From Spirulina sp. (lineage in GTDB: Bacteria; Cyanobacteriota; Cyanobacteriia; Phormidesmidales; Phormidesmidaceae): a DNA stretch of 64,000 bases. Below, in pieces: positions 19,734 to 30,561 of the stretch; positions within the stretch are counted from its first letter, which is position 1; each line of letters starts with the position of its first letter. The position numbers and the translations under genes were made by a program. The notes beneath the pieces were generated by a model. The model had not been told where the DNA came from, ran no database searches, and saw nothing but the letters and a program-made list of their open reading frames with translations. The stretch lies in assembly GCA_044070495.1 (NCBI GenBank), contig JBIPSI010000023.1, positions 1-64,000 on the forward strand. The letters run 5' to 3'.

Positions 19734-20858
19734 TTAGGTACGCAGGGCCTGGGCCTGAAGGTATAGTTTTACCCACTGACCTTGCACCTGCTTAGGTTTT
19801 AGCACCAACCGCTGGGCCACCTCTTCTAGGGACTGCCCAGATTGGACAGCCTCAAGAATCTGTTGCTGTTCCAAGGTTAGACCTTGCCAGAAGGTTTGCC
19901 ACTGGCTGGGCGTCAGACCAAGACTATGGTCTTGGAGGGATGTTTTCAGCCAGTGGAGAACTAGGGCGGGCTGCTCTTTTAGGGCGAAAATTTTGAGGGC
20001 ATGGTAGCTAATTTTTTCCCGCAGACGATAAACCTGCTGCACCGGTAAATCCATGGTCTGGGCAATCTGTTCCTGGGAAAACCCCTGCAAATGCAGATCC
20101 AGCCAGCGCACCGCCTCCTGGTTAAGATGGCGTTGCAGATAGATCATCAACGTCTCCTTAACCTGCTGGCGCTGGGACTGCTGCTCCAACACCGCCTCAG
20201 TTTCCTGATACTGGCTCCAAGCCTGACTATCAATGAGGTTGAGGACTTCATCGCTATCGTCGGGGGCAATTTCATCGGAAACCAGGCGAATTAAGGCCCC
20301 CGTCGGCACTTGGGTCATCCCCCCCCGCTGACTACGGCGCAGGTAGTTCACAAAGCGGTACATGATCAGGGGCTGGTTGCGGATAGGCCGCAGACAATAC
20401 TCCTCTAGGCTGGCCAAGGTGAGCAAACTACGTAACCGCTCCTGATGGGTACAGGTAGCAATCCACTGAATTTCGTCACCGAGGTAGCGGTCGCTACGCA
20501 TCATTTCCTGCACCACCTCCTGCACCACATCAACAACGGTGCGGTGGCGATCTCGGCTGAGGGCAATCCAGGTGCTGATTTTATTGCGGACGAGAAAAAG
20601 CCCACTCAGGCGCTTGATTAAATGGCGATAGCCCTGCTCTGGGCTCACCCCCCAATAGCGCTGCTGCAAAATTCGGTAGCGATAGGTCATGGCCTGCTGG
20701 GCCAAACTCAGTTCCTCCGGTGCAACCTGATCCAGTCGATCCGGCGACCGCCCTAACAGCCATCCCACAACACCGTCATACACTGACTCTGGCTGGTCAG
20801 GGTAATCCACGCGTACCCGCGATAGCCATTGATCAGCCATCTTGTCTGCCATACTCAT
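19734..20858 (-). CDS. HetZ-related protein (sigma-like HTH)
   Basis: YRYRILQQRY, WIALSRDR, RNQPL..YRFVNYLRR, YRLREK. Confidence 0.75.
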   Translation of the reverse strand: MSMADKMADQWLSRVRVDYPDQPESVYDGVVGWLLGRSPDRLDQVAPEELSLAQQAMTYRYRILQQRYWGVSPEQGYRHLIKRLSGLFLVRNKISTWIALSRDRHRTVVDVVQEVVQEMMRSDRYLGDEIQWIATCTHQERLRSLLTLASLEEYCLRPIRNQPLIMYRFVNYLRRSQRGGMTQVPTGALIRLVSDEIAPDDSDEVLNLIDSQAWSQYQETEAVLEQQSQRQQVKETLMIYLQRHLNQEAVRWLDLHLQGFSQEQIAQTMDLPVQQVYRLREKISYHALKIFALKEQPALVLHWLKTSLQDHSLGLTPSQWQTFWQGLTLEQQQILEAVQSGQSLEEVAQRLVLKPKQVQGQWVKLYLQAQALRT

Positions 20859-21240
20859 GAACCCGTGATCCTCACTGCACCGCCTAGGGCTGATGGTCGG
20901 CTTCCATCTTAATCGCTGTTGTCTCCACTGCTCCGATACGCGGGATTTAGGCAGACTAGGGGCCGAAACCTACGACCAATCACTCTTTTATGAACTTTAT
21001 TAAACCTTTATATTATCAGCTCTCTTTCGAAGTTTTGACAAAGCTAAGTGATACTACGAGCGCCGCCGTTCAGAAAAAACTATAGTTCGCTTGTTACGTA
21101 TGTAGATACACGGTATTATCCAGGTGTCTCAGTAAGTTTGTGTGGTAGCAATATTACGTAGGCAGTAGATTCGTTGTTGGGTTCCCATCGGTCTTAACGT
21201 TTCCTACCACTCTAGCAACGCTTGAATCACAGGGGCTCTC

Positions 21241-21897
21241 ATGCTATCTCTTGAAAATAAACCGGCCACCGATTTTCCGCTAGTTCCATACCATCCCTCC
21301 GTAACCTGTGCCACCAAGCGCATCCTCGACATTGTCGGAGCCCTAGTGGGGTTATTTATTCTGGCGGTGATCAGCCTACCCATTGCCATTGCCATCAAGA
21401 TCGATAGTCCAGGCCCAGTTCTCTATTCTCAAGAGCGCTACGGACTCAAGGGAAAACCCTTTCGGATCTGGAAGTTCCGCTCCATGGTGCAAAACGCCGA
21501 TGACCTAAAGTCGGCGGTAGCCAATCAGGCCCAAGGGTTAATTTTCAAAAATGAGTCCGATCCTCGCGTTACCCAGGTCGGTCGCTTTCTCCGCAAGACC
21601 AGCCTAGATGAGTTTCCCCAGTTTTGGAACGTGCTACGCGGCGAAATGAGCCTAGTGGGTACCCGTCCCCCCACCGCCGACGAAGTCTCCCGCTATAGCC
21701 CTCATCACTGGCGGCGTCTAGAGGTGAAGCCTGGGTTAACCGGACAGTGGCAGGTCAGCGGGCGCTCTGCTATCAAAGACTTTGAGGAAATTGTTAAGCT
21801 CGACTTGATCTACCAGCGGATCTGGACGCCCTGGTACGACCTCAAGCTGATTGTGCAGACTATTACGGTGCTGATTCTGCGCAAAGGGGCTTACTAG
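21241..21897 (+). CDS. Bacterial sugar transferase (WcaJ/WbaP C-terminal family)
   Basis: [38 protein letters not shown]. Confidence 0.93.
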   Translation: MLSLENKPATDFPLVPYHPSVTCATKRILDIVGALVGLFILAVISLPIAIAIKIDSPGPVLYSQERYGLKGKPFRIWKFRSMVQNADDLKSAVANQAQGLIFKNESDPRVTQVGRFLRKTSLDEFPQFWNVLRGEMSLVGTRPPTADEVSRYSPHHWRRLEVKPGLTGQWQVSGRSAIKDFEEIVKLDLIYQRIWTPWYDLKLIVQTITVLILRKGAY

Positions 21898-22101
21898 GGT
21901 GCTGAGCGGCCTCCTGGCAGCCCGACCACTCGATTAAGATGAACCCATTCAACGGCTTGCCCCCGGTATTTCTGGGTGAGGAGGCCTTCCCCCTACAGGT
22001 TTCGGGGTTGGGCACCGGGGTTCTCTCATTCAGATTGGGCTACCCAGATGGTTTAGGTCGTTTGTAAGTCGTGCTGTCCTTGTTTCATCATCGCCTCAGG
22101 T

Positions 22102-23079
22102 CTAGGTCGTACCCAACAGGTGGGCTCTAGGGTTGAGGCTTTCCATTTGGCGCAGTTCTTCATAGAGTGCCTTTTCCCGATCACTCAAGCGCGAGGGAAT
22201 GACCACCTCTAGTTCAATCATCAAGTCTCCCCGTTCCTGTCCGATGGGATAGCCTCGTCCAACCAGACGAATTCGCTGTCCGGTCTGAGCTCCCTGGGGA
22301 AGCGTCGTGCGTTGGGGGCCGTCTAGGGTAGGAATTTCGATGGTGCTGCCGAGGGCGGCTTCGCTGGGGGTGATGGGCAAGCGGCAAAACACATCGCTAC
22401 CCTGAAGCTTAAACAGCGGGTGGGGCTCAACTTCAATACGCAAGTACAGATTGCCGCCGCCGACGCCCTGCCCCCGTAGACGAATCCGTTGCCCTGTCAC
22501 CATTCCGGCGGGCATCTGCACTTCCAGGGATCGACCATCCTCCAGACGAATGCGCTCTCGTCCACCCCGGAATGCCTTTTCTAGGGGAATCGTGAGGCTT
22601 GCTTCGGCGTCACGTCGTCCACCTCGACGGGGTTCGGGCGGTGGAGCGCTATACTCTGGTTCACGGGCGTAGGCCGATGTCTCTACCGTGGACTGGGGGG
22701 AGTCGGCGCGGCGATTGAGCAGTTGGTCGATAAAGTGATTGAAGTCTGGGAACTCCCCAAAGCCAAAGTCTTCTAGGGAAATTCGCCCACCACCACGGCT
22801 AGGTGTGGCCTCGCGGGTCGCCGCCGTTTCGGTCTGCCGCTGAAACCCCTTTTGCTTCCAATACTGGCTAAACCGTTCGTACTGGGCGCGTTTATCAGTG
22901 TCCGATAGGATCTCGTAGGCTTCCCCCAGCAATTTGAATTTTTCCTCGGCTACTTGGTCGCCGGGGTTGAGGTCGGGGTGATACTGGCGGGCTAATTTAC
23001 GGTAGGCCTGCTTGATCGTGCCAAAGTCGGCCTCCCTAGAAACTCCCAGAATCTCGTAGTAGTTCCGAAAGTTTTGCAT
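22102..23079 (-). CDS. dnaJ: DnaJ class B co-chaperone
   Basis: J domain with HPD, C-terminal DnaJ domain, no Zn finger; downstream of dnaK. Confidence 0.92.
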   Translation of the reverse strand: MQNFRNYYEILGVSREADFGTIKQAYRKLARQYHPDLNPGDQVAEEKFKLLGEAYEILSDTDKRAQYERFSQYWKQKGFQRQTETAATREATPSRGGGRISLEDFGFGEFPDFNHFIDQLLNRRADSPQSTVETSAYAREPEYSAPPPEPRRGGRRDAEASLTIPLEKAFRGGRERIRLEDGRSLEVQMPAGMVTGQRIRLRGQGVGGGNLYLRIEVEPHPLFKLQGSDVFCRLPITPSEAALGSTIEIPTLDGPQRTTLPQGAQTGQRIRLVGRGYPIGQERGDLMIELEVVIPSRLSDREKALYEELRQMESLNPRAHLLGTT

Positions 23080-23127
23080 ATCGGGCGTTCAGGAATGTAG
23101 AGGTATGGGCGATGGAAACGGCGCACC

Positions 23128-25935
23128 CTAGAGCCACTCGTCGGGGGCATCCCAGTTGCTGCCGTAGTCAGCATCGGGCGGCGGTGGATTAGGCCGACGG
23201 CGGGAGGGTTCCCGTCGATCCGTTGGCGCTGGGTTGGGGGCTGGGGTCGAGCGTCGATCCTCACCTTGGGGTTCGGCCCAGGGGTCGTCGTCCCAGTTGT
23301 CAAACCCGCCCGCCGTACCACGGGAAGTCGTTGGAGTATTCGCCCCCCCTGCACCGTTGGCAGGCGATGCTGGCCTGGGGCCATAGCCCGGGTTGATGCT
23401 AGGGCCAGCGGTAAAATCGCTGTCTGGTCGTGCCGGGGGCCGAGACCCAGGAGTCGCAGAGCGCGGACTCGCGGGGGGAGCCTCTCCTCTGTACTCCGAT
23501 CCGTACCCGGCATCGCGCCCAGGGGCCGCAGCCGGTGGGCGATCCTGGCTATAGCCCGCTGCGGGGTATGGGGGACGGGGCTCTCGGCTCGGCTCGCGGT
23601 TGGCGTCGCGGCTGTCGTAGGGTGCCCTGGGACGACCAGCATCGTAGGCAGAACCCTGATCGTAGCGGGAATTCTGATAGCCACGACGGCCATAGCCCGG
23701 ATTATCGTTAATACCGGGTCGGTTGTCGTAGCTGGGACGGTTATCGACGGGTCGATTATCGGCGGGTCGGTTATCCGCAGGACGGCCATCGTAGCCCTGG
23801 CGACCATAGCCTGAATTGGGGTAGGTGTCGTAGGCCCCACCGCCGTAGGCAGGTCTGTTGCCGCCATAGTTGGGTTGACCGTAACCGGGTTGGCCATAGC
23901 TAGGCGGGTTGTAGCCGGGCTGACCGTAACTCGGCGGCTGACCGTAGCTTTGGCCACCACGCCCTCGGCTGTCGTAGTCCCAATCGTCATCCCAGTTGCC
24001 CCAGGAACCACCCTGATAGCCATAGTTGGGGCGGGCGTCGAGGTCGTCGTCGAAGGCGAAGGTTTTTTTCAGGGTGTTGCCGATTTGGCCCAGAATGCCG
24101 CCCTCCTGGTCGTCCTCGGCTTCGTAGAGGTAGGCTTCGCGATTAAGGTCGTAGAGTTCGTCTTGCAGTTCGGTTTGGGCGATGTCGATGCCGCGTTCGT
24201 CTCCCCGTTCTAGGCCATCGCGCAGTTCTTGGACGAGGGCTTCAATGCGGCGACGACGCTCACGGGCAAACTGCATCCCAAAGTCCAGCGCAACCTCCCG
24301 CAGCAATCGCTCGGCCTGGAAGGTGAGGGCTTCGGCGCGGTTGCGTTTTTCCACCCGTTCCCGCTGCAAACGGTCGGTTTCGGCGTATTCTTCCGCTTCC
24401 TGGATCATCCGCTGCACTTCGCTTTCGTCCAGGTTGGCGGCCCCCTGCACCGTCAGGCTTTGCTCCCGTCCGGTGGTTTTGTCCATGGCGGACACCTGCA
24501 AAATGCCGTTGGCATCGATATCAAAGGACACCAACACCTGGGGCACCCCACGGGGAGCCGGGGGAATGCCCATCAGCTTGAAGCGGCCTAGGGATTTGTT
24601 ATCCGCCCCCATTTCCCGCTCACCCTGGAGGACGTGGACTTCCACGGAGGTTTGATTATTTTCCGAGGTGGAGAAAATATCCGACCGCCGCACCGGAATC
24701 GTGGTGTTGCGGGGGATCACCTTCTTCATCACGCCGCCAATGGTCTCCAACCCTAACGAGAGGGAGGTGACATCCAGCAGCATGATGTCCTGCACCTCCT
24801 GGGTGAGGATGCCCGCCTGGATGGCCGCCCCCACCGCCACCGCCTCATCGGGATTGACGTTTTGGCTGGGTTCTAGGCCAACCAGCGACCGCACCAGGTC
24901 TTGGGCCATGGGCATGCGGCTGCCACCTCCCACCAGCACCACCTCGTCAATGTCGTTGGGCGACAGGTTGGCATCGGTGATCGCCTGCTTCAGGGGGCCA
25001 CGCAAACGACTGATCAAATCCCCACACAGCCCCTCAAACTGGGAGCGGCTGAGGCGAGTTTCGATGTGCTTGGGGCCGTCCTTCGTTGCCGTGATGAAGG
25101 GCAGGCTAATTTCCGTGGTGGCCACCCCAGACAGCTCGATTTTGGCCTTTTCCGCCGCTTCGGTCAGCCGTTGCAGGGCTTGGCGATCCTTGCGTAGATC
25201 GATCCCCTCCTGCTCTAGGAACTGATCCGCCAGCCAGGTGACGATTTTTTGGTCAAAATCCGCCCCGCCCAGTTGGGTATCTCCGGCGGTGGATCGCACC
25301 TCAAACACGCCGTCGCCCACATCCAAAATGGAGACATCGAAGGTGCCGCCCCCCAGGTCAAACACCAGGATGGTTTGGTTGTAGGATTCGTCAAAGCCGT
25401 AGGCCAGGGCGGCGGCGGTGGGCTCGTTTAAGATGCGCTTCACATCCAGTCCGGCGATGCGTCCGGCGTTGCGGGTGGCTTGGCGCTGGGTGTCGTTAAA
25501 GTAGGCGGGCACCGTAATCACCGCCCCGGTGACGGGCTGGCCCAGGTAGCGACTGGCCTCATCCGCCAGCTTCCGCAGCACCATGGCCGACAGTTCCTCA
25601 GGCGCAAAGTCTTTCTCTAGGCGCGGACAACGCACCTTCACGTTGCCCACCTCATCGCGACGGATGGTGTAGGGCACCCGCTTGGCCGCCTCATCCAGTT
25701 CCGCATACTTGCGACCCATGTAGCGCTTGACGCCGTAGAAAGTATTTTGAGGGTTCAGCACCGATTGCCGCCGTGCCAACTGCCCCACCAGGCGTTCCCC
25801 TTCCTTACTAAAGGCCACCACCGAAGGCGTGGTACGCATCCCCTCAGCGTTGGCAATCACCACTGGCTTGCCACCTTCCATGACAGAAACAACCGAGTTG
25901 GTGGTGCCTAGGTCGATGCCAACTACTTTTCCCAT
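23128..25935 (-). CDS. dnaK: Molecular chaperone DnaK (cyanobacterial DnaK3-like) with long low-complexity C-terminal tail
   Basis: [29 protein letters not shown]; 935 aa ending in NWDAPDEWL. Confidence 0.95.
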   Translation of the reverse strand: MGKVVGIDLGTTNSVVSVMEGGKPVVIANAEGMRTTPSVVAFSKEGERLVGQLARRQSVLNPQNTFYGVKRYMGRKYAELDEAAKRVPYTIRRDEVGNVKVRCPRLEKDFAPEELSAMVLRKLADEASRYLGQPVTGAVITVPAYFNDTQRQATRNAGRIAGLDVKRILNEPTAAALAYGFDESYNQTILVFDLGGGTFDVSILDVGDGVFEVRSTAGDTQLGGADFDQKIVTWLADQFLEQEGIDLRKDRQALQRLTEAAEKAKIELSGVATTEISLPFITATKDGPKHIETRLSRSQFEGLCGDLISRLRGPLKQAITDANLSPNDIDEVVLVGGGSRMPMAQDLVRSLVGLEPSQNVNPDEAVAVGAAIQAGILTQEVQDIMLLDVTSLSLGLETIGGVMKKVIPRNTTIPVRRSDIFSTSENNQTSVEVHVLQGEREMGADNKSLGRFKLMGIPPAPRGVPQVLVSFDIDANGILQVSAMDKTTGREQSLTVQGAANLDESEVQRMIQEAEEYAETDRLQRERVEKRNRAEALTFQAERLLREVALDFGMQFARERRRRIEALVQELRDGLERGDERGIDIAQTELQDELYDLNREAYLYEAEDDQEGGILGQIGNTLKKTFAFDDDLDARPNYGYQGGSWGNWDDDWDYDSRGRGGQSYGQPPSYGQPGYNPPSYGQPGYGQPNYGGNRPAYGGGAYDTYPNSGYGRQGYDGRPADNRPADNRPVDNRPSYDNRPGINDNPGYGRRGYQNSRYDQGSAYDAGRPRAPYDSRDANREPSREPRPPYPAAGYSQDRPPAAAPGRDAGYGSEYRGEAPPASPRSATPGSRPPARPDSDFTAGPSINPGYGPRPASPANGAGGANTPTTSRGTAGGFDNWDDDPWAEPQGEDRRSTPAPNPAPTDRREPSRRRPNPPPPDADYGSNWDAPDEWL

Positions 25936-26237
25936 TCCCTTTGGCGTCTCCTTCGTGGTCGGTCTGCGAGGTGTCGGTCTGTGAGAGGTCGGTCTGCAAG
26001 GTGTTGACAGGCTAACACCCCAAAGACACGGCGTCTGCTGCCTGACTTACATCTTTCTTAATGATAGTCTGCCATGACCTAGCCTTAAATTTTAGCGCTT
26101 GCCCCGTAGATTCGCGTGAGTCAGTGGTTTTGGGTCGAAGGTGCGCTGCCCCGCCCCTATTGCGGTCAGGTTTCCCGCTAATTCCTCGTTGGGGACTTCC
26201 CAAACGATTATTTTTTGCTATGCTAGATCAGCAATAC

Positions 26238-26319
26238 GCGGATGTGGCGGAATTGGTAGACGCGCTAGATTTAGGTTCTAGTTTCGCAAGAAGTGAAGGT
26301 TCAAGTCCTTTCATCCGCA
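26238..26319 (+). tRNA. trnL: tRNA-Leu (anticodon TAG)
   Basis: Acceptor stem GCGGATG/CATCCGC, D-loop GGAATTGGTAGAC, anticodon arm CTAGA-TTTAGGT-TCTAG, long variable arm, GGTTCAAGTCC; CCA not encoded. Confidence 0.96.
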
Positions 26320-26533
26320 TAGAAATTTAAAATTGATGGCAGTTAGTGGCAGCAACGCTTCTGAGAATCTGCCCAATCCAGGGATAAGGCGCGCCCGTGC
26401 GGCTTTTCTAGTCGCCGACAGGATTCAAGGATGGGCCATGCCCTACCCATGCCGCTCTACTTCTCCGAATAGGGGCATGGTGCAGGATAAGTTTTAGGTA
26501 ACGCTCTTCGCCGTACTTTAACTGCCCTTGTGC

Positions 26534-26749
26534 CTAGTCCACCAGGCTCCACCAGCCCAGGCTGGGGCCGACAAATCGTAGGGTGATCCAAAAGGCGATG
26601 ACCAGAATGATCATGGCCCAGGTGCCACGGCTCGTCCATTTCATGAAGTCTTGGGACTGCTGCTTGGTGATGGGCAGCCAGGGCAGGATGGGTTCTGCTT
26701 GGCCGTATTTTTCACCCAGCTGTTCGCGCCGCCGTTTCGATTCCCCCAT
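26534..26749 (-). CDS. DUF2839 family small membrane protein
   Basis: MGESKRR start, one TM helix, RFVGP..GWW end. Confidence 0.8.
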   Translation of the reverse strand: MGESKRRREQLGEKYGQAEPILPWLPITKQQSQDFMKWTSRGTWAMIILVIAFWITLRFVGPSLGWWSLVD

Positions 26750-26802
26750 GGGCCTAGATCCTTCCTTTAAAACCGCTGCCTGGATCATACAACTGTCTGG
26801 GC

Positions 26803-28350
26803 CTAGGAGGGTTGGGGTGGAACGTTGGGGCGCAGATCCCATTCGGGGCGCAGGGATCGGGTGGTGGCGGAGGGACTGAGGGACTCTAGAATTTGTTGGC
26901 CGTAGCTGCGGTAGTGGACGCGGGTATCGAGCAGGGCGACGAGACCTTGGTTGGCCCGCAGGGGGGCGATGGCCCGCTGAATTTCGGCCATGGCGGTGGG
27001 AAATAGGTAGAGCCGAAACCAGTCTTGGCGGCGACGTTTGTGGAAGGCGACCCGTCCGGCCACCAGGGGATGCTCTAGGGAGGGCAGGGGCAGGGTGGCC
27101 ATAATCAGCAGGGTGGGCCGAGGCAGGCGGTGGCAGTTTTGGTGCCAAAAGTCCCAGCCGCTGACGAGGATGGTGTTCTCATCGATATCGATCTGTTCCA
27201 CCTGCACCCGCGAGCCAAATTCTCCGGCCAGGGCGGCGGCCAGTTGGCCCTTGAGGGGCAGGTCATTCACCAAAATGAGCGTGGGGCCAGGGTAGTCCGG
27301 GGCCGCACAAACGAGTAAACGGCGAATTTCCTGGTGGGCACGGCTCTGAAACTGCGGGGTGTTGGGCAGGGGCAGGTGATCTGGGAGATAGAGATGGACG
27401 AGGTCATTACGGCGGTCGGGGGCAAATTTGAGGCAGGTTAAATCCTCTAGGCCAAACCGCTGGCAAAAGATTTCGGCCTTCGCTTCGTGATCCAACGACG
27501 CCCCGACCAGCACCACGGGCTGTGGTTTCCAGATCTGCTCTCGGTAAACCGACAAATCGACCGGGGTGCAGTGCAGGGTAATGTGGCCAGATTGACGGTC
27601 GGTGACAAACCAGCGCAGGTGATCGGCGTCGGCAAAGGCAGACCAAAACCGTTGCCAAGCCAGGGGCATGGCCTCGGCCCGTCCCTCGGTGGTAAGGATG
27701 CGATGGAGGTGGTGCAGGCGATCCTGATCGTCCTCCTCCAGCAGGTGGCAGTGGTAGGGGTTGGGGGGATGTTGAAAGGCGGCGTAGGTGAGGGCTACGC
27801 GGGTATCGCGGATGAGATCCCGGTGCTGGGCGTAGGCCAGCCCGAGTTCCTCCCAATCGCCGTGGGTGAGGGTGACGGTGAGCAGATCCTCCAGCCAGGT
27901 TTCTAAATGATCGGCATCGTCTATCAGGGTGGGAATGCCGGCAGGAAACGCGCCCGTATCGCCCAAACGGTCGGCCAGCCAAGCGGTTGGCGTGGTAATC
28001 AGCAGCCCCGTAAAGTCCGAGTCTGGCCAGCGACTGCCGACCTGAATGGCCTTCGTCAGCCCCAGACGTTCCTGTAATCGAGGTAAGTCGCCCAACAGCA
28101 GCCGTTGCTGGGTGGCGGAGGGCACCACCAACACCGCTGGCCCCGGCCACAACAACAGGGCCACCAGGTAGCTGACCCGGTAGTCTCCCTGGTAGGCCGA
28201 TAGCCCCCCCACCTGCAAGAGCGCACTGCGACCTAGGCGCAACGCCCGCGCCACCAACCGGGCCAGGGTGAGGTGGTGGGGCCAGCTAGAATCGCCGCAG
28301 TCCCGCAGGAACTCGCGCAGTTGTTGGTGTACCTGGGCTTCAATCACCAT
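26803..28350 (-). CDS. DinG-like helicase C-terminal domain protein
   Basis: WPHHLT.ARLVARALR, LPLPSLEHPLV, VALLDTR; canonical Walker motifs degenerate. Confidence 0.75.
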   Translation of the reverse strand: MVIEAQVHQQLREFLRDCGDSSWPHHLTLARLVARALRLGRSALLQVGGLSAYQGDYRVSYLVALLLWPGPAVLVVPSATQQRLLLGDLPRLQERLGLTKAIQVGSRWPDSDFTGLLITTPTAWLADRLGDTGAFPAGIPTLIDDADHLETWLEDLLTVTLTHGDWEELGLAYAQHRDLIRDTRVALTYAAFQHPPNPYHCHLLEEDDQDRLHHLHRILTTEGRAEAMPLAWQRFWSAFADADHLRWFVTDRQSGHITLHCTPVDLSVYREQIWKPQPVVLVGASLDHEAKAEIFCQRFGLEDLTCLKFAPDRRNDLVHLYLPDHLPLPNTPQFQSRAHQEIRRLLVCAAPDYPGPTLILVNDLPLKGQLAAALAGEFGSRVQVEQIDIDENTILVSGWDFWHQNCHRLPRPTLLIMATLPLPSLEHPLVAGRVAFHKRRRQDWFRLYLFPTAMAEIQRAIAPLRANQGLVALLDTRVHYRSYGQQILESLSPSATTRSLRPEWDLRPNVPPQPS

Positions 28351-28669
28351 CGGCGGCGACCACGGCAAAAAACGACAATGGGACGACCTTAAAGTAAGCC
28401 TTCATTGTGACACACCTGATTTCGCGGCGGGTTGTGAGGAATACAGCCCTGTCCGTGCCCTTAGCACGGAACGGCTCCGGGACTTGCCTCTGTCCAGGGG
28501 GTACGGTGGTGTCCTGGGTTTCCCCTGACCTAGGCCGATAGCCAGATCGAACGGTTGGCCGTTTTGTAACCTAGTGTTACTAACTGCAACACAATAATCG
28601 TTACACTTTAGGCACAGTTGGGAGTTCCCCAGTCCATTCAGTGACCTTATACCCTGAGGCAGCCCGGCC

Positions 28670-30487
28670 ATGATCGGAGCGAACTACCTGGGTTCTAACC
28701 AATGCGAGTTTCGGGTGTGGGCACCCCAGCGACGGCGGGTGGCGGTGCAATTCCAGGATGGGCGTACCGTCCCCTTGACGGCGCGATCAGGGGGCTACTG
28801 GGCCTCGGTAATAGATGGCGTTCCCCCCGGCACCCGGTACCAAGTGTTACTCGACGACGACTTACTCCGGCCCGATCCCGCCTCTCGGTACCAGCCCCAG
28901 GGGGTGCATGGGTTATCCCAGGTAGTGGATCCCCAGGCGTACCCGTGGGGCGATCACCGCTGGACGGGATTACCCCTGTCGGACTTCGTCTTGTACGAAC
29001 TGCACATCGGTACCTTTACCCCCGAAGGCACCTTTGAGGCGATCATTCCCCGGTTACCGATCCTCAAAGACCTCGGCATTACCGCCCTAGAACTGATGCC
29101 CGTGGCTCAGTTTCCCGGCACCCGCAACTGGGGCTACGACGGGGTGTATCCCTTTGCAGTGCAGCACAGCTACGGCGGGCCAGAGGGGTTGAAACAGCTC
29201 GTTGATGCCTGCCATCGGCAGGGCATGGCGGTGGTGCTGGATGTGGTCTACAACCACTTTGGCCCGGAGGGCAACTACACCGCCGACTTTGGCCCCTACT
29301 TTACCCAGCGCTACAACACCCCCTGGGGCGCAGCCATCAATTTCGATGACGCCCACAGCGACGGGGTACGAGACTTTATGCTGGATAACGTGCGGATGTG
29401 GGTGCAGGACTTTCACCTCGACGGGTTGCGGCTAGATGCCATCCACGCCATCTATGACTTCAGCGCCCAGCACATTTTGGCGGAAATGCAGGCGGTGGTG
29501 CAGCCCTTGGCCGAGGCACGGGGCTATCCCTGTTATCTGATGGCCGAAAGCGACCTGAATGATCGGCGGGTGATTGCGCCCCCAGAACAGGGTGGGCATG
29601 GGTTGGATGCCCAGTGGAGTGATGACTTCCACCACGCGCTACACACCCTCCTCACCGGGGAAAACGGCGGCTACTACGAAGACTTTGGCAGCCCCGAACA
29701 ATTGGCCAAGGCCCTGCAAAAGGGGTTTGTCTACGATGGAGCCTATTCTCGCCATCGACGCCGACGGCACGGCAACGATGCCAGCCAGTTCCCGCCCCAG
29801 CAGTTTGTGGTGGCGGCCCAAAACCACGATCAAGTCGGCAACCGCATGATAGGGGATCGCCTGAGTACCCTCGTCGGCTTTGAGGGCCTGAAACTGGCAG
29901 CGGGAACGGTACTGCTATCGCCCTACATTCCGCTGCTGTTTATGGGGGAAGAATATGGCGAAACCGCCCCTTTTCTATATTTTATTGACCATGGCGATCC
30001 CGACCTCATCACCGCCGTGCGCGAGGGCCGTAAACGGGAATTTGCCGCCTTCCATGCCCTTGGCGAGCCGCCCGATGCCGCCAGTCCAGACACCTTTAAG
30101 CAATGCGTTTTGAACTGGGATCAGCACAGCGAGGGTAAACCGGGTACCCTCTGGCGCTTTTATCAAACCCTGCTGCAACTCCGACACCAGATTCCGGCCC
30201 TGGCGGTGGGAGAGAAACGCCAAATTGCCGCCAAATGTACCCCAGCCAAAGGTATTGTTTGTTGGCAACGCTGGCAAGACGCCTCTGAAGTGCTGATTTT
30301 GGCCAACTTCCAGCCCGAACCTGTCCCCTACCTACCTATCCTCGATGGTCACTGGCATCGTCGTTTGGATTCCGCCAGCTACGACTGGCTCGGCCCCGGC
30401 AGTACTACCCCGGCAATGTTGGCCATTGGCACAGAATTTCACCTCCAGCCCCAAAGCTTTGTGCTGTACGAACGTAGCGATGATTGA
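28670..30487 (+). CDS. treZ: Malto-oligosyltrehalose trehalohydrolase
   Basis: GH13: YELHIGTFT, NWGYDGV, DVVYNH, GLRLDAIH, QNHDQVGNR. Confidence 0.95.
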   Translation: MIGANYLGSNQCEFRVWAPQRRRVAVQFQDGRTVPLTARSGGYWASVIDGVPPGTRYQVLLDDDLLRPDPASRYQPQGVHGLSQVVDPQAYPWGDHRWTGLPLSDFVLYELHIGTFTPEGTFEAIIPRLPILKDLGITALELMPVAQFPGTRNWGYDGVYPFAVQHSYGGPEGLKQLVDACHRQGMAVVLDVVYNHFGPEGNYTADFGPYFTQRYNTPWGAAINFDDAHSDGVRDFMLDNVRMWVQDFHLDGLRLDAIHAIYDFSAQHILAEMQAVVQPLAEARGYPCYLMAESDLNDRRVIAPPEQGGHGLDAQWSDDFHHALHTLLTGENGGYYEDFGSPEQLAKALQKGFVYDGAYSRHRRRRHGNDASQFPPQQFVVAAQNHDQVGNRMIGDRLSTLVGFEGLKLAAGTVLLSPYIPLLFMGEEYGETAPFLYFIDHGDPDLITAVREGRKREFAAFHALGEPPDAASPDTFKQCVLNWDQHSEGKPGTLWRFYQTLLQLRHQIPALAVGEKRQIAAKCTPAKGIVCWQRWQDASEVLILANFQPEPVPYLPILDGHWHRRLDSASYDWLGPGSTTPAMLAIGTEFHLQPQSFVLYERSDD

Positions 30488-30525
30488 CCCTCACGCCCAG
30501 CCCCTCTCCCAAGGGTAGAGGGGAG
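30488..30525. repeat. Cyanobacterial short dispersed repeat
   Basis: CCCTCACGCCCAGCCCCTCTCCCAAGGGTAGAGGGGAG hairpin between treZ and treY. Confidence 0.55.
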
Positions 30526-30561
30526 TCAGAACCTACGCCCTGCCCCATTTCCCACCCCATC

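Noticed and set aside
22992..24023. 343-aa alternative-frame ORF over the dnaK tail, and the many other overlapping or antisense ORFs in the track
   Set aside because: Explained by high GC and repetitive codons within well-supported genes; no independent motifs.
26238..26460. Genomic island or prophage integrated at tRNA-Leu
   Set aside because: No adjacent integrase, no duplicated tRNA 3' end noticed, and flanking genes are core cyanobacterial genes.
28566..28580. NtcA site upstream of treZ
   Set aside because: Spacing is GTA-N9-TAC, not GTA-N8-TAC.
30484..30561. N-terminal extension of TreY
   Set aside because: It is translation through a short dispersed repeat; family similarity begins at ATG 30562.
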